Shown here: in pieces, positions 63,640 to 64,000 of the stretch
Layout: the number at the start of each line of letters is the position of its first letter
Position numbering within the stretch: the first letter of the stretch is position 1
Source of the DNA: Botryllus schlosseri
Lineage: Eukaryota
Direction of reading: 5' to 3'
Assembly: GCA_051294905.1 (NCBI GenBank)
Contig: CM119371.1
Location: forward strand, 38,690,001-38,754,000
Length of the DNA: 64,000 bases
Notes under the pieces: generated by a model
What the model saw: the letters and a program-made list of their open reading frames with translations, nothing else
Database searches by the model: none
What the model was told of the DNA's origin: nothing
Made by a program: the position numbers and the translations under genes

Positions 63640-64000
63640 AGCAACATACAATTGAGGAAGATAGCTGACACTTAGTACACCAACAGCGACACACGACAGT
63701 ATGAACGTAATAATGTGGAACGTAACGTAGGTATGCCAGGAACAAACGTAAGAAGACGAGTATGAAAGTTTTACAATTATTTTTTGTCAACGTAAATAAC
63801 CAACAAATGGAGGTTCGCAGATGCTTTATAAACTGAAATATTTTTCACGCTCGGTCCGATTTGACTCCAATTCATGGTGATTGCTCTGTCTATTGCCCAT
63901 ATTTCATATTTGAATATTCTCAAGTCTGCAGCCATAACCTTTAATGCCATCAAACTATCCGTTGGGTTTGTTGGCATTCTGATTTCTCCCTTGGGTATTT

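Overview
AT-rich, intron-containing eukaryotic (animal) genomic DNA that is dense in transposons. The organism cannot be identified from this window. I can reconstruct two complete five-exon genes, transcribed head-to-head about 15.8 kb apart: gene A (minus, 25664-36105, 255 aa) and gene B (plus, 51888-62857, 270 aa). Both encode secreted trypsin-fold (peptidase S1A) proteins with a broken catalytic triad, i.e. pseudoproteases. The six-frame ORF track shows only pieces of them. Between the genes lies a near full-length but decayed Penelope-like retroelement (RT + GIY-YIG) with a hammerhead ribozyme motif. A second Penelope-like family has left several short hammerhead-bearing 3' fragments, including a near-perfect 219-bp inverted pair. 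Other elements: a restriction-like-endonuclease (R2/NeSL-type) LINE fragment, an L2/CR1-group LINE 3' end, a Chapaev3-like transposase relic, a tRNA-derived SINE family and many hAT MITEs with 8-bp TSDs, one set nested four deep. An unexplained modular repeat occurs at three loci. All calls were made by eye; no database searches were run.
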